This document shows, piece after piece, positions 40,440 to 54,345 of a stretch of 64,000 nt of DNA (position 1 is its first letter; every line of letters begins with the position of its first letter). The position numbers and the translations under genes were made by a program. Origin of the DNA: Octopus sinensis (taxonomy: Eukaryota); the NCBI RefSeq assembly GCF_006345805.1, contig NC_043012.1, positions 31,000,001 to 31,064,000 of the forward strand, read 5' to 3'. Below the pieces are notes generated by a model. The model did not search any database, was not told where the DNA came from, and saw only the letters and a list, made by a program, of their open reading frames with translations.

Positions 40440-42100
40440 GGAAGCAAGTGAGGTCCTGGTGCCGAGGAGAGAGAAGAGGAGGAACATCAGCTCTGCAGAT
40501 CCAAAAGTATGTGCAATTAGAGAACATCTGGAAGCTGTCAAAGACCACCAATTCCTTGCTGAACATACGGAAGAGAGGAAGGAGAATGTGGAGGTGATGA
40601 AGGAAGAACTCTGTACCGCTTAGACTGAGGCCAGAGAGGGGGAACTGATGGAGAGGTATGGGGAGAGCAGTTGACGAGTCTGGGTGTAAAGAGAGCTGGA
40701 CGATCATCAACAAGATCACATGGAGGAAGGGAGGGAGTTCGAGTCAGATCAAGGAAACAGGGCCTGAGGATAGGAAGAGTAAATGGCTGGACCATTTTAA
40801 AACCCCACTAGGAGAGTTGACTTTTACAAGCCAGAACACTGGGGAGATCAGGCAGCTGTTTGAGGAACTGGATATTGAGACAGGACCTTTCGCCAAAGGG
40901 GAAATTCAGAAAGCCAAGAAGATCAAGGAGGGCAAGGCCTGTGGAGAAGATAGAGTAACACCCTAGGTGATGAAGAGGTGTGATTTTGATGACACTGTCC
41001 TGGAGTTCTGTAACCAGACACTGAAAAAAACCCAGTGGAGGATCATTAACATCGTTCCAGTGCCAGAGAAGGAGATCTCTCCAACACCAACAACTACAGG
41101 AGGATTTCACTGATGTCACTCATGGCAAAGACCCTCAACAAAATTATTCTTAACAGAATCCAGCCCGAGATGCAGAAGAAGCTCAGAGACAACCAGAACG
41201 GCTTCAGAGAGGGAAGATCAACCACCAATCACATTCTAATGCTGAGGAGGGTATTAGAGGGAGCTAGAGCAGAGAGCCTTCCTGCTATCATGGTTTTCAT
41301 TGACTTTAGGAAGGCCTTTGATTCTGTGGACTGTCACTGCCTGATGAAGATTTTACAGGCTTATGGAATCCTCAAGAAGATAGTGGACCTGATATCACTG
41401 CTCTACATCAGAGCCCAAGTCATTACATTTGACGGGATCGCGGAGTTCTTTGTGATACTAGCTGGAGTGCTGCAGGGAGATACATTAGCTCCCTACATTT
41501 TTATCATCATGGTGGACTTGCCTTATGCCTTACGATGTGCCTTGCGTATGTGCCTTGCGTTGGAGAAACATCAGGACTCCGACTTTACTGTAGTGCCGGC
41601 TCAGAGTATGAGGGTCAAGGCTCAGATGCTGAATTTGCTGACGATATAGTTTTAGTGACAAACACAGTGAGAGAAGCAGAGGAGTTGATGCAGGAGGTGG
41701 AGACTGTGTCGATGAGTGTGGGGTTGAAAATGAATGAAATTAAGACGAAGTATCTGGTAGAGAAGATTAAGAAGCCAGAAAATATTATGAATGTAGGCGG
41801 GAGGCCACTAGAGTTAGTTGAGGACTTCCTGTATTTGGGAGCAAAGATTGGGAACACAGAGGAGACTGGGGTTAGCTGGACACGCTCAGCGTCCTTCAGA
41901 GTTGATGTTGCACTCAGTGCTCCCATGGGTGCCCCTGCACGGATACACTAGAAGAGGGTAGCCGAGGATAACATATACTGATGCCACAATGACAGACGCT
42001 GGTCTCTGAGGGACACAGGACATAGCAGCGAAGGTGAGGGACAAAGACAGCTGGAGAGAGCACGTCCATGGATCTCGGGAAATTTGCTCGACTTAGAAAA
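40440..42100 (+). mobile_element. RTE-clade (RTEX-like) LINE fragment, decayed RT
   Basis: QNGFREGRST, FIDFRKAFDSV, GVLQGDTLAPYIF, FADDIVL, VEDFLYLG. Confidence 0.85.
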
Positions 42101-42352
42101 GAGAATATAAATACACATTATCACAGCTATTAGTCAGCAGCGAGTGGTGATATGGTAATGTAGACTCATGCTTTCGATAATTATTTTAAGAACCAAAGTT
42201 GTAGAAGTCGTAGCTTCCTTCTTGGTTCTTCCACGTTCTTCCCAAAAGAACATCAAAGATATGACAACTGGAGGGAGAAAAGGCTATCCCAGCACGCAAC
42301 TGGTATTTATATGCATGCAGAGTGGATTATGAAATGAAGTAACTTGTTTAAA

Positions 42353-42452
42353 NNNNNNNNNNNNNNNNNNNNNNNNNNNNNNNNNNNNNNNNNNNNNNNN
42401 NNNNNNNNNNNNNNNNNNNNNNNNNNNNNNNNNNNNNNNNNNNNNNNNNNNN
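42353..42452. other. Assembly gap (100 N)
   Basis: Directly visible. Confidence 1.
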
Positions 42453-42520
42453 CGTGAAGTCTGGCGCAACATGGTAAATTCCATGGTCTCGACCACGGTC
42501 GAACAATGATGATGATGATG
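42453..42520 (+). mobile_element. 3' tail of an RTE-type LINE with (GAT)n
   Basis: REVWRNMVNSMVSTTVEQ* followed by (TGA)n. Confidence 0.5.
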
Positions 42521-42560
42521 ATATATATGTATATATATGTATATATATATATATATATAT

Positions 42561-42943
42561 ACTAGCAGTATCGCCCGGCGTTGCTCAGGTTTGTAAGGGA
42601 AATAACTATAAAGCATTTTTAGAGAGTTATAGCCAAAAAATACCAATAAAATGGAAAAAAATGATGGTAAATTTTTTTTTGAGTAAAAAAAAGGTGGAGT
42701 TGCGTCCCCTAGACAGTTTGCGGTTTGTGTTTCTAATTCTCGACCCCATGTCGAATTTATCGATTTTTTCAGAACTGGGGAACTTTTCAAAATTTTCGCT
42801 GCGTTAGTTTTGAATTATGACATTGGGCTATGTGTGTGTCAAGTTCATCAGAATCGGTTGAAAGCCGTGGTCAGGGTGAGGGTACAAGCAAACAGACACA
42901 CAGAAGCACGCACAGACAAACTGCCGTTTATATAGAGAGAGAT
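42561..42943 (+). mobile_element. Non-autonomous Helitron-like (Lep1/HINE-style) element
   Basis: Starts ACTAGCAGTATCGCCCGGCGTTGC, ends CAGACAAACTGCCGTTTATATAGAGAGAGAT, inserted in (AT)n; architecture assigned by recall. Confidence 0.55.
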
Positions 42944-42962
42944 ATATATATATATATATGTA

Positions 42963-43047
<85 letters not shown>

Positions 43048-43073
43048 GTATATATATATAAATTATATATATA

Positions 43074-43119
<46 letters not shown>

Positions 43120-43192
43120 ATTTCGCAGACAGGAACTGAAACAAATCGATCGTATATATTATATATGTATGTATATATGTAAGTGTATGTGT

Positions 43193-45914
43193 TTTGCTAT
43201 TGGCAACGTAAATGACAATGGCCAGAGACGACTTGAATTTTGCACATACCATCACCTGTGCATCACTAACACATTCTTTGCCAACAAGACATCCCACAAG
43301 GCATCTTGGAGACATCCAAGATCTCACCACTGGCATCAGCTGGATCTCATCATTACACGAAGACCCTTTCTGAATTCTGTTCAACTGACTCGTAGTTACC
43401 ACAGTGCGGATTGTGACACAGATCATTCACTAATAAGAAGCAGGGTGAGGATTCTGCCTAAAAAAGTCCATCACTCCAAGAAAATGGGCCGACCACGCAT
43501 TAACACTGCCAGAACCTCCGACCCTACACTGCGACAATGTTTTGCTGTTTCTATCAAAGTTGCTCTCAGTAGCTGCCCAACTACCTCTGCTGAAAGTAGG
43601 TGGAATTATATAAGGGAAGCTTTGTATACCACATCAATAGATACCTTCGGCATGAGAGAAAGGCAAAATCCAGATTTTGTTCAGTGCTGGGCTCTCAGAG
43701 CTGGACACAATTATCGAAACAAAGCGTGCAGCTCTGATGTAATACAAGAGTGATTCTTCTATAAAGTCACTCGAAGAACTCAGAAAGGCAAGAAATAAAA
43801 CCCAACTGACTGCCAGACGCTGTGCAAATAGGTATTGGCAGGAAATCTGTCAGAGTATCCAGTCAGCTGTTGACAGTGGCGACACCCGTGGGATGTATGC
43901 CGGTTTGAAGCAGGCCCTCGGTCCATCCGCAACCAAGTCAGCTCCTCTGAAATCAACTACTGGGGATCTCATCAAGGACCAAAGCAAGCAAATGGATAGA
44001 TGGGTGGAGTACTACCAGGATCTCTACTCACGAGAGACCACGGTAGCTGAGGCTGCAATCGAGGGTGTCAAGATCTTGCCAGTCATGTGTGAACTTGACA
44101 GCCTGCCATCTATAGCAGAGCTCACCAAGGCTATTGACTCCCTAGCAAGTAACAAGGCTCTGGGAAAAGACGGCATCCCCTTAGAGATCATCAAACTGGC
44201 AAAAACACCATCCTGCTTCGGCACATTCATGAGCTTCTGTGTCAGTGCTGGGAAGAATGTAAAGTCCCACAGGATATGCGGGATGCTAACATCATTACGC
44301 TTTACAAAAACAAAGGTGACCGTGGTGATTGTAACAATTACCGTGGAAATATCTTCTAAGCACTGTTGGAAAGGCCTCTGCTCGCATTATTCCGTCCAGG
44401 CTGCAACTGCTTGCTTCTCGAATTTATCCAGAATCGCAGTGTGGCTTTAGAAGAAGCAGATCAACTATTGACATGATATTCTCCATACGCCAACTTCAGG
44501 AGAAGTCCAGAGAGCAGAAAATGCCATTATATATGGCCTTCATTGATCTGACAAAGGCCTTTGACTTGGTAAGTAGAAAAGGCCTCTTCATCCTGCTCCA
44601 AAAAATCCGATGTCCACCAAAGCTGCTGAGGATCATCACATCTTTCTATGATGATATGCAAGGCACCACACAGCACAATGGTTCAGAATCAGCCGCCTTC
44701 CAAATAAAAAATAGGGTAAAGCAAGGTCGAGTCCTTGCTCCTACATTATTTGGCATCTTCTCGCTGCTGCTTTCACATGCCTTTGTGACATCTGATGATG
44801 GAGTGTTTCTGCACAGTAGAAGTGATGGGAAACTGTTCAATCTCTCGCGTCTGCGTGCCAAGACCAAAATCAGAAGCGTCCTGATCAAGAAGATGCTATT
44901 TGGTGATGATGCCGCTCTGGTATCACACACAGAAGAAGCCCTACAAAGGCTCATCAACTGTTTTGAGCAAGTATGTGGCAACTTTGGCTTAGTTATTAGC
45001 CTCAAGAAGACCAACATCATGAGTCAGGCTACATCAACCATCCTAAACATACATATTGGAGACCACAGACTACAGGAGGTGGAGAAGTTTACCTATCTTG
45101 GCTCTACCGTCACCTACAACCTATCCCTTGATACTGAGCTCAATATACGCATTGGCAAGGCAGCTGGTGTGATGGCCCAACTCTCCAAACGGGCATGGGA
45201 CAAAAATAAGCTGACCAAGACCACAAAAATGAAGATTTACCAGGCATGTGTACTTAGCACTCTACTGTATGGAAGTGAGACTTGGACGCCATACGACGCC
45301 ATACGTCGCCTAAATATCTTTCACCTGCGCTGCCTCTGGAAAATCCTTCGCATCAAATGGCAGAATCATGTCCCCAACAAAGATGTCCTCAAGCAAGCAG
45401 GAATATCAAGCATGTTTACACTCCTCACACAAAGACGTATGAGATGGCTTCGACATGTTAGCCGTATGGAAGATGGCAGAATCCCCAAGGACATACTCAA
45501 CGGGGAGCGTGCTAGGGGCACTAGGTCTGTGGGAAGACCGTTCTTACTACGATACAAGGATGTTTGCAAAATGGACATTAATGCCTGCAACATCAATATT
45601 ACCAACTGGGAAGCAGTTGCCAGCAACCGTGGAGATTGGCGACGTACCGTAAAAGAGGGAACACAAAGGAATGACATAGAGGAAGAGGAGAAATGGAAAG
45701 ACAAGAAAAGACGTCAACAAGAAAGTATGACATTACAACCGGCCATGCAAAGTCTTCGCTACATTTGCGGCACCTGCCAGAGGGAGTGTTTGTCCAGGAT
45801 AGGACTACACAGCCACAGCAGGAGATGTATTAGGACATGAAATGTAAAAGCCGGACTAGATTATTTTATGCGCAACTCCATTGTCTCCCGAGACAAAAAG
45901 GATGCCAACAACAA
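43193..45914 (+). mobile_element. RTE/BovB-like LINE, 5'-truncated
   Basis: Endonuclease tail ([18 protein letters not shown]), RT (FIDLTKAFDLV, KQGRVLAPTLF, LFGDDAAL) and C-terminal CGTCQRECLSRIGLHSHSRRC. Confidence 0.92.
44473..45840 (+). pseudogene. RTE ORF RT and C-terminal portion (455-aa open stretch)
   Basis: ORF track plus RT motifs; FADD is mutated to FGDD. Confidence 0.88.
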
Positions 45915-46224
45915 TATATATGGATTTCGTAGACAGGAACTGAAACAAATCAATCGTATATATATGTATATATGTAAGTGTATGTGTGTGTCTTTGTGTC
46001 TGTGTTTCGCCCTCATCACTGCTTCACAACTGCTGTTCATTTATTTACATCCACAAAACTTACTGGTTTCACAAGAACAAACTAATAGAATAAGTACTAG
46101 GCTTATCAACATAAAAAAGCACTAGGCTGTGTCTCATATTTTTGTTTGCCCACTCAGTTGTATCTATCAATTTATCTTTGTGTGTGTGTGTGTGTGTGTA
46201 TCTATATCTATATCTATCTATCTA

Positions 46225-46297
<73 letters not shown>

Positions 46298-47477
46298 CGA
46301 ACTACAGTCGTGGATCAAAAAGAGGCCGAAGAAGGGCGAATGGCACCGCGAGTGTCGCGTTGCTCTCAAGCAACTCTGCCGTCCCGGGTCGACCTTGAGT
46401 GACTTCAACACAACCAAAGCATTCTATAGGGGATTAGTGGAGGGGAGGTACGACGACGAGCTCGGGGCAAACCTGGGCGTCGACGAGGAATACCTGACCC
46501 GCCTGTTTCAAACGACTTTCGGCCCGGGACCTATGGACAACTTCCAGAGATCCCTGGCCTGGCGGTGCTACCGAGAAGCGCTACCCGTTCGGGATAAGCT
46601 CTATAGGCATGGCTCGAGAAACACGGGGCCGACCTGCCCGAGATGCGGGCAGAGCGACGAAACCGCTCTGCACGCAATCGTGCAGTGTCCAGCAATTTCC
46701 CACCTGTGGGCTTATGTCGAACGACTGCTGTCACGTGTGGGACGTGTCGGTTTATCAGCCGAGTCTATCGTTAATATCGTCACGCCTCCTTCCTTCAAAC
46801 GGGAAGGAAGAGCTATTTTTATCATACTTGTGGCTATGGCGAAAGAATGTATCTGGTGGACGCGTCTGAAAGGATTAGAGACAAACACTTTCCTCTCTGG
46901 TCAATCTCTCATCAACTTCTTCAAGTATCACTTGAAGAAAAAGTGAGAGTAGAGAGGCAAGTTTTGTCTAGTGAATGTTTTAAAAAAAGATGGGTGAATG
47001 TAGCAAGGATGGCACGTATGAATGACGAAGCCACCTTGACTATGATTCTATGAACCGTAAAAATTAATACAGAGAGTTGCTTATTTGCAAAAAAAAAAAA
47101 AAAAAGAAATATAACATGTGACTTCATTGACCGAGGTTACCGTGGTCTTTTCCGTAGGCTTTTCTTTCCACGGGTAAACCTCACCTGTCCCCCCCTTTAC
47201 ACTTCATATTGACATTTCTGTGATAACGATCCCTATTGATCAATTTTTTTCCTCCCCCTTTTTTTTAACCCCCCCTTTTTTTTTTGTCCTCTTTCTCTCC
47301 TTTTACGATCCCTTTTGATCGACCCCCCCTTTTTTATTTTATTTTTATTTTATTTTATTTTTTTCTTATTTTTTTATTTTTTTTTTTTTTTTTTATTTTT
47401 TTTAAACCTTCAAAAGAAAAGCTCTACCTTGTAATTTGTTCTATCTGTGTGCAGCCCTGTGTGGCTAATAAAGAAAC
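46298..47477 (+). mobile_element. Tx1-like LINE 3' fragment, nearly identical to 52823-53953
   Basis: Direct sequence match; starts immediately after (CTAT)n. Confidence 0.92.
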
Positions 47478-48614
47478 ATATATATATATATGTAGGTCAC
47501 GGGTTGAGTCGGGGTTAACCACAGTAAATAAGGTACTCAATACATAGCAGATAACACCCTAATGGGAGCCTTAACTCCCAAATTTTAGTAATTTCTTTTA
47601 TGATCCAAAACTAGGTCAAAAGTACTGAATGGAACTTTATGAAATTTGGAAATTATATTCTAAGCATAAGGGCCATAACCCCCATGACAATTCATATATT
47701 TTTGCTGTCGATGAAATTTTAACCATAGATATTAGACACAAATGAAGTAATATTAATAAAATTTAATCTTCCTACAAAGTTAGAAAGACCCCTCCATGGT
47801 GACTTAACACCCACAATTTTGTCATTTTATCTAAGCAAAAACGAATACATTTGTGCTCTTGGAAGCTGTAGGGTTACCCGAGCATAAAAGTTGGGCATTA
47901 TTTCTAATTCAATGGTACAACAATGTAACAGTTTGCTTTGACATACACTTACATTCTGATTTCTGCAATGTGGTGCATAATTTGTTAAGTAAATGAGAGG
48001 CATCTTTGTCTCCACTGATTCAGTTGCAAAGTGTTGAGTAAAGTTATTTGATTGCAGACCTCCTTTCAGTCTTTTTATTATCACTCGGTTACACATAGTC
48101 CCCAGATGGTGACATTGATTACAAGGCCTTCCCAGATGAGTGACTGGTTATTCAAAGACATTTATAGATTTTAAATTCATTGTCCAGTTACGTATCAGTA
48201 TAGTGGTCATTTGCAAACTCCAGAGGTGACACTTTAATTTCTCCTAAGCCCTCACGTCACACAGTTGTTAATGTTGATTTCAGTTGGGTCACGCCCTTCC
48301 AATTGCTATAGATTCGTAATGCATCTTACGGCTGTGCCTGTCACCTGGCTGGTGAGGAATCCTACATTGGGAGTGGTAACGACTAGGGTAGGGTAACTGA
48401 CTGCTTATTGTGATCATTCGTGTTTTGGTTTCCATGTGGCACGATTACAATTTTTTTTAGGGTGTGTAAAGAGGGAAATAACCCTCATCTGCAATTTTGA
48501 TGAAATTCGAAACATAGATATTCCAGTTCATTCAGAAAATATAACAGGAAAGTCTAATTCTTCAATTGAATGTAACCGGGCAACGCCGGGTATCTCTGCT
48601 AGTTATAGATATAA

Positions 48615-49235
48615 GGATTGAAGGGTGAGCTGGCAGAACTTAGCACAGCGGATAAAGTGCTTAGCGGCATTTCGGTTGTCTTTAAGTTTTGCATTCAAAT
48701 TCCATTGAGGACGACTTTTATCGGGGTCGATAAAATAAGATTCAATTATCTCTCCCACTTCCACACAAAAACTGCTGACCCTTTAAATTTAAAATTTAAA
48801 AAGCAATATAGATGTAGGGACTGTAAAACACAATGAAAACAACTTTTCTCACAAGTGGAACATCCTCACCTATCAAATTCGGTAGTAATTTCTCTCATTA
48901 CGGTTCTGGCTCTGCGTTCAAATCCCGCCGAGATCGACTTTGTCTTTCATCCTTCTTGGGTCGATAATAAAAAGTATCAGAAATAGGCGGTGAGCTGGCA
49001 GAAACGTTAGCACGCCGGGCGAAATACTTGGCGGTATTTCGCCCGCCGTTACGTTCTGAGTTCAAATTCCGCCGAGGTCGACTTTGCCTCTCATCCTTTC
49101 GGGGTCGATAAATCAAGTACCAGTTACGCATTGGAGTTGATATAATCGACTTAATCCGTCTGTCTGTCCTTGTTTGTCCCCTCTGTGTTTAGCCCCTTGT
49201 GGGTAGTAAAGAAATAAGAATTGTTAGCACGCCGG
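48615..49235 (+). mobile_element. SINE family B cluster including a full copy at 48987-49216
   Basis: GGCGGTGAGCTGGCAGAAACGTTAGC..GTTCTGAGTTCAAATTCC (B box)..CCCCTTGTGGGTAGTAAAGAAATA. Confidence 0.9.
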
Positions 49236-49257
49236 ACAAAATGCTTACACACACACA

Positions 49258-49552
49258 CACACGAATAACAAGCTGGAAGTTGATCCGGACCTTTTTTCGA
49301 ATGTCATCACTGTTGACGAAAGCTGGAGATACGGAATTTGCAGATATGGAAGTGGTGAAGAAAAAAATGACGGAGGCGTTAAAAGGTTTCACTTCGCAAG
49401 AGTTCCAGCATTGCTTCGAATTGTGGAAAGCGCGTCTGGACCAATGCATTGCTTCAAACGGAGAATACTTTGAAGGCGACAAAAGTATAAACATGTAAAA
49501 CTAAGGGAATAAAATAATATTGCAAAACCTCGGTTTCTTATAGGCCTCTAGT
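49258..49552 (+). mobile_element. Internally deleted mariner relic
   Basis: LEVDPDLFSNVITVDESW joined to FADMEVVKK..FQHCFELWKARLDQCIASNGEYFEG. Confidence 0.8.
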
Positions 49553-49577
49553 ATACATACATACATACATACATACA

Positions 49578-49930
49578 TGATGGCCGTCCACTCGTGACCG
49601 AGGAAGACCATAGCCGACCTTCAGGAACTTTGTGCGCTCTAGGACTAACTTATATTTTGCATTTGCGGCTCCGTTGGTGGCTAATGAGTCCTGCTCTTGA
49701 CAAGCATACACGACTGCAAACATTGCAGACCAAGCTTTGCCCATTCACTATACGAGCCGTGCGCTTTCGCGCAGCTCGCTTAAGTCCTTCATGCTGGATA
49801 CGTGCTCTCTCAAAAGTGTCGATCCCCTCCTTAACCTGCTACCTCCATCTGTGGCGATGACAGACATTCTTCTCCCAGTCAGTGTCCTGTATATCAAAAG
49901 CCTTTAACGAGGATTTGACACAGTCCTTAA
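49578..49930 (-). mobile_element. RTE LINE 3' end
   Basis: Minus-strand KDCVKSSLKAFDIQDTDWE..; (ATAC)n on both flanks. Confidence 0.7.
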
Positions 49931-49939
49931 ATACATACA

Positions 49940-49949
49940 TACATACATA

Positions 49950-50044
<95 letters not shown>

Positions 50045-50089
50045 ATATATATATATTTATCTCTCTCTCTCTTTCTATATATATATCTA

Positions 50090-50178
<89 letters not shown>

Positions 50179-50200
50179 GCCTGCCTGCTTGCCTACCTAT
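49940..50200. repeat. (CTAT)n microsatellite
   Basis: Directly visible. Confidence 0.95.
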
Positions 50201-50204
50201 CTAC

Positions 50205-53200
50205 CTAAATGACATCAAGTCACATGATCTGGGAATCATAGCCATAAGTGAGACCAGACTCCACGAGCCACGGGCCCTAAAGTCCATGTTTGGCGGACAG
50301 TTTAACAATTATTTCGCTCCCTGTCTGCCGAGGATGGGCGGTAGTGGCACCGCGGTACTTTTTCACAAGAGCCTGGATCTCGAAGTCAAGACGATATTCG
50401 TAGACCCGGAGGGTAGACTGATCGTTCTGGATGTTGACGGCAGCAATGGGTGCGCTTTTCGACTCGTATCAGTCTACGCACCGCCCTTAACAGGTCGAGC
50501 GGATTTCTTTCGACGTCTAGAAGTATTCTTGGGAACGTCTCGTCCTTACTCTTAGTGGGGGATTGGAATGCTACCTTGGACACGCATGTAGACTACGTGG
50601 GTAGAGACAGAAACAGAAGGGGATGCAAATGCCTCAGAGACCTGCTCAGACGATTCCAACTGTCTGACAGGTACCGACTCGACCACCCAAATGCACCAAC
50701 GTGGACATGGAGCAACCGCAGTGGGTCGTCCAGATCGTATCTAGATAGGATACTGTGTAGGACAGTAGACAAGGATAACTTAGGATGTCCACAATTCCAC
50801 ACAGTCAGCTACACAGATCACAAATTGGTGACGTGTACGCTAGACTTAGATAAAGCACATAGACAGGGTCCTGGGTACTGGAAACTGAACGCCTCATTCC
50901 CGTCCAGACAAGTTTTCAGAGACCGGATTAGCACACTAGTAAAGAGGGCTTTGACGGGAGCCATCATCAACAACAAATGGTGGTTTGCCCTCAAGAGAGC
51001 AGTAAAAGCAGAAGCGATTAGGTACAGCAAAGCACTAGCCATAGATAGAAAGAGAGTAGAGGGTGAGCTAGTTAAGAAGCTAGAAGAGGCAATTAGAAGC
51101 GGCATCGCATCCGACGTTTTGGCGGCGAGGTTGGCCCTCGACCAACACTTCAACGCCAAACACGAAGGATGTGCTGTCAGAGCTAGGATGCGTGCTCTAA
51201 GGAACGAAGGTGTTGGAGCCGCGAGAGAGGCCCGGTGGCAGAGGCGCAACAGGGCAACAAAGCCACCATTCGGTCACTGGTAGATGAACAGGGGCGCGAA
51301 TTGCTCGAGCCAAGTAAAATGTGTGAGGCCTTTCAGCAGCATTTTGCCCGACTGTTCGGGACGAGTGGAGGGCAAGAACGTAGGGTGGACTTCAGTGCCT
51401 ACCTACATAGCCTGCCACGACTCTCGACAAGAAAGGCAGGGTGCTGCGAAGGTGCCATCACGGCGGCGGAAGTGCAGGAAGCGATAGCAAAATGCTCGAG
51501 GGACAAATCACCGGGTTTGGATGGTCTACCCTACGAGTTTTACACATTGTATGCCAGACTTGTTTGGAGACGTCTTGGCAGCGGTATACTGCAACTGGCA
51601 GCAAAACGGGAGCATACCCGGTTTTGTGAGTCGAGGAGCTGTAACTCTGCTGAAGAAAGATCCAAACAAGGGAAACATTATAGATAACTTTAGACCAATC
51701 ACGCTGCTCAATGCAGACCTGAAAATTTTGACAAAGGTGTTAGCCAAGAGGTTGGCGCTTGTCATCGAGAAACTGGTCGACAACGCACAAACGTGCGCCG
51801 TGCCGGGCCGGAGCATCCATGACAACCTCCATCTGATGCGCTACATCATAGACAGGGTAGTTAACGAACCTGGCATGGGTGGGGCCCTGATCAACTTGGA
51901 TCAATCGAAAGCCTTTGATAGGGTAGACCATCGATACTTGGAGGCAGTCCTGAGAGCGGCTGGTTTCGGTCCGTCTTCCGCGGCTGGATAGCTGCCTTGT
52001 ACAGAGGCATCAGTTCGGTAATTCGCGTAAATGGACATCTATCGAGACCTTTCGACATTGCACGTTCGGTCCGTCAGGGATGCCCCCTCTCGGCGCTTCT
52101 ATACGTATTGACTCTTGAGCCACTACTGCGGAAGCTGGCGACTCTAAGGGGCATCCCGCGAGAATTGGGATGCGGGACGAGCGTGTCTGCATACGCGGAC
52201 GACGTCACCGTCATAGTGTCAAGCCACGAGCACATCGAGCGGGTCGGCGAGACACTGAAAGACTACGAAGCGGTGACAGGAGCAAAAATCAACCGGAAAA
52301 GTCAGTGGGCTTGGCGGCCTCGGCACCTGGAGAAGCAAGCCCATGCCGTCCACCAGTACCCCTCGTCCTCGTGGACGCTGGACAGACGGCCGGTTGAGTT
52401 GCTCTCGGTCTGGTTCGGTCCGGACCTCCAAATGGAGAAGAACTGGAACGAGATAACGAGTAGGGTGGTCACTCTCGCCCAGCAATGGCCGAGAGGAAAC
52501 TGTCCCTAAAAGGTCGGGCGGAGGTGGTGAACGCGTACATCGCGTCCATCATCTACTACCGCCTGACCGTCGTACCTTGACCCGACCCTACCATCACCAA
52601 ATTAGAACGCATCCTCTTCCGCTTCTTGTGGAAAGGATGCGTCCCGATGGTCAGGCGATCCATTTGCTGTCAACACCCGTTAAAAGGAGGGCTGGGCATG
52701 CCGTGGTTGATGATGCGCAGACACGCGCTGAGACTGCGACATCTCCGGCTCTATGTAGACGACGGTGAACAGGTGTGGTCGCCGTTTGTGAGGCACGCAT
52801 TCCCGCAACTCGTCTCCATGACCGAACTGCAGTCGTGGATCAAAAAGAGGCCGAGAAAGGGCGAATGGCACCGCGAGTGTCGCGTTGCTCTCAAGCAACA
52901 CTGCCGTCCCGGGTCGACCTTGAGTGACTTCAACACAACCAAAGCATTCTATAGGGGATTAGTGGAGGGGAGGTACGACGACGAGCTCGGGGCAAACCTG
53001 GGCGTCGACGAGGAATACCTGACCCGCCTGTTTCAAACGACTTTCGGCCCGGGACCTATGGACAACTTCCAGAGATCCCTGGCCTGGCGGTGCTACCGAG
53101 AAGCGCTACCCGTTCGGGATAAGCTCTATAGGCATGGCTCGAGAAACACGGGGCCGACCTGCCCGAGATGCGGGCAGAGCGACGAAACCGCTCTGCATGC

Positions 53201-53952
53201 AATCGTGCAGTGTCCAGCAATTTCCCACCTGTGGGCTTATGTCGAACGACTGCTGTCACGTGTGGGACGTGTCGGTTTATCAGCCGAGTCTATCGTTAAT
53301 ATCGTCACGCCTCCTTCCTTCAAACGGGAAGGAAGAACTATTTTATCATACTTGTGGCTATGGCGAAAGAATGTATCTGGTGGACGCGTCTGAAAGGATT
53401 AGAGACAAACACTTTCCTCTCTGGTCAATCTCTCATCAACTTCTTCAAGTATCACTTGAAGAGGAAAGTGAGAGTAGAGAGGCAAGTTTTGTCTAGTGAA
53501 TGTTTTAAAAAAAGATGGGTGAATGTAGCAAGATGGCACGTATGAATGACGAAGCCACCTTGACTATGATTCTATGAACGTAAAAATTAATACAGAGAGT
53601 TGCTTATTTGCAAAAAAAAAAAAAGAAATATAACATGTTACTTCATTGACCGAGGTTACCGTGGTCTTTTCCGTAGGCTTTTCTTTCCACGGGTAAACCT
53701 CACCTGTTCTCCCCTTTACACTTCATATTGACATTTCTGTGATAACGATCCCTACTGATCAATTTTTTTGCTCTCCCCCCACCTTTTTTTTTTTTTTTTT
53801 TATTAACCCCTCCCTTTTTTTAGTCCTCTTTCTTTCCTTTTACGATCCCTTTTGATCGAAAAGCACCACTCCCTTTTTTTTACCCCCAAAAGAAAAGCTC
53901 TACCTTGTAATTTGTTCTATCTGTGTGCAGCCCTGTGTGGCTAATAAAGAAA

Positions 53953-53953
<1 letters not shown>
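50205..53953 (+). mobile_element. Tx1/L1-like LINE with near-complete ORF2 (5'-truncated in the endonuclease, frameshifted)
   Basis: APE (AISETR, SVYAP, VGDWNATLD, SYLDRIL, YTDHKLV), RT (SPGLDGLP, FRPITLLNADLKI, DQSKAFDRVDH, VRQGCPLS, YADD) and zf-RVT; AATAAA near the 3' end. Confidence 0.93.
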
Positions 53954-54345
<392 letters not shown>

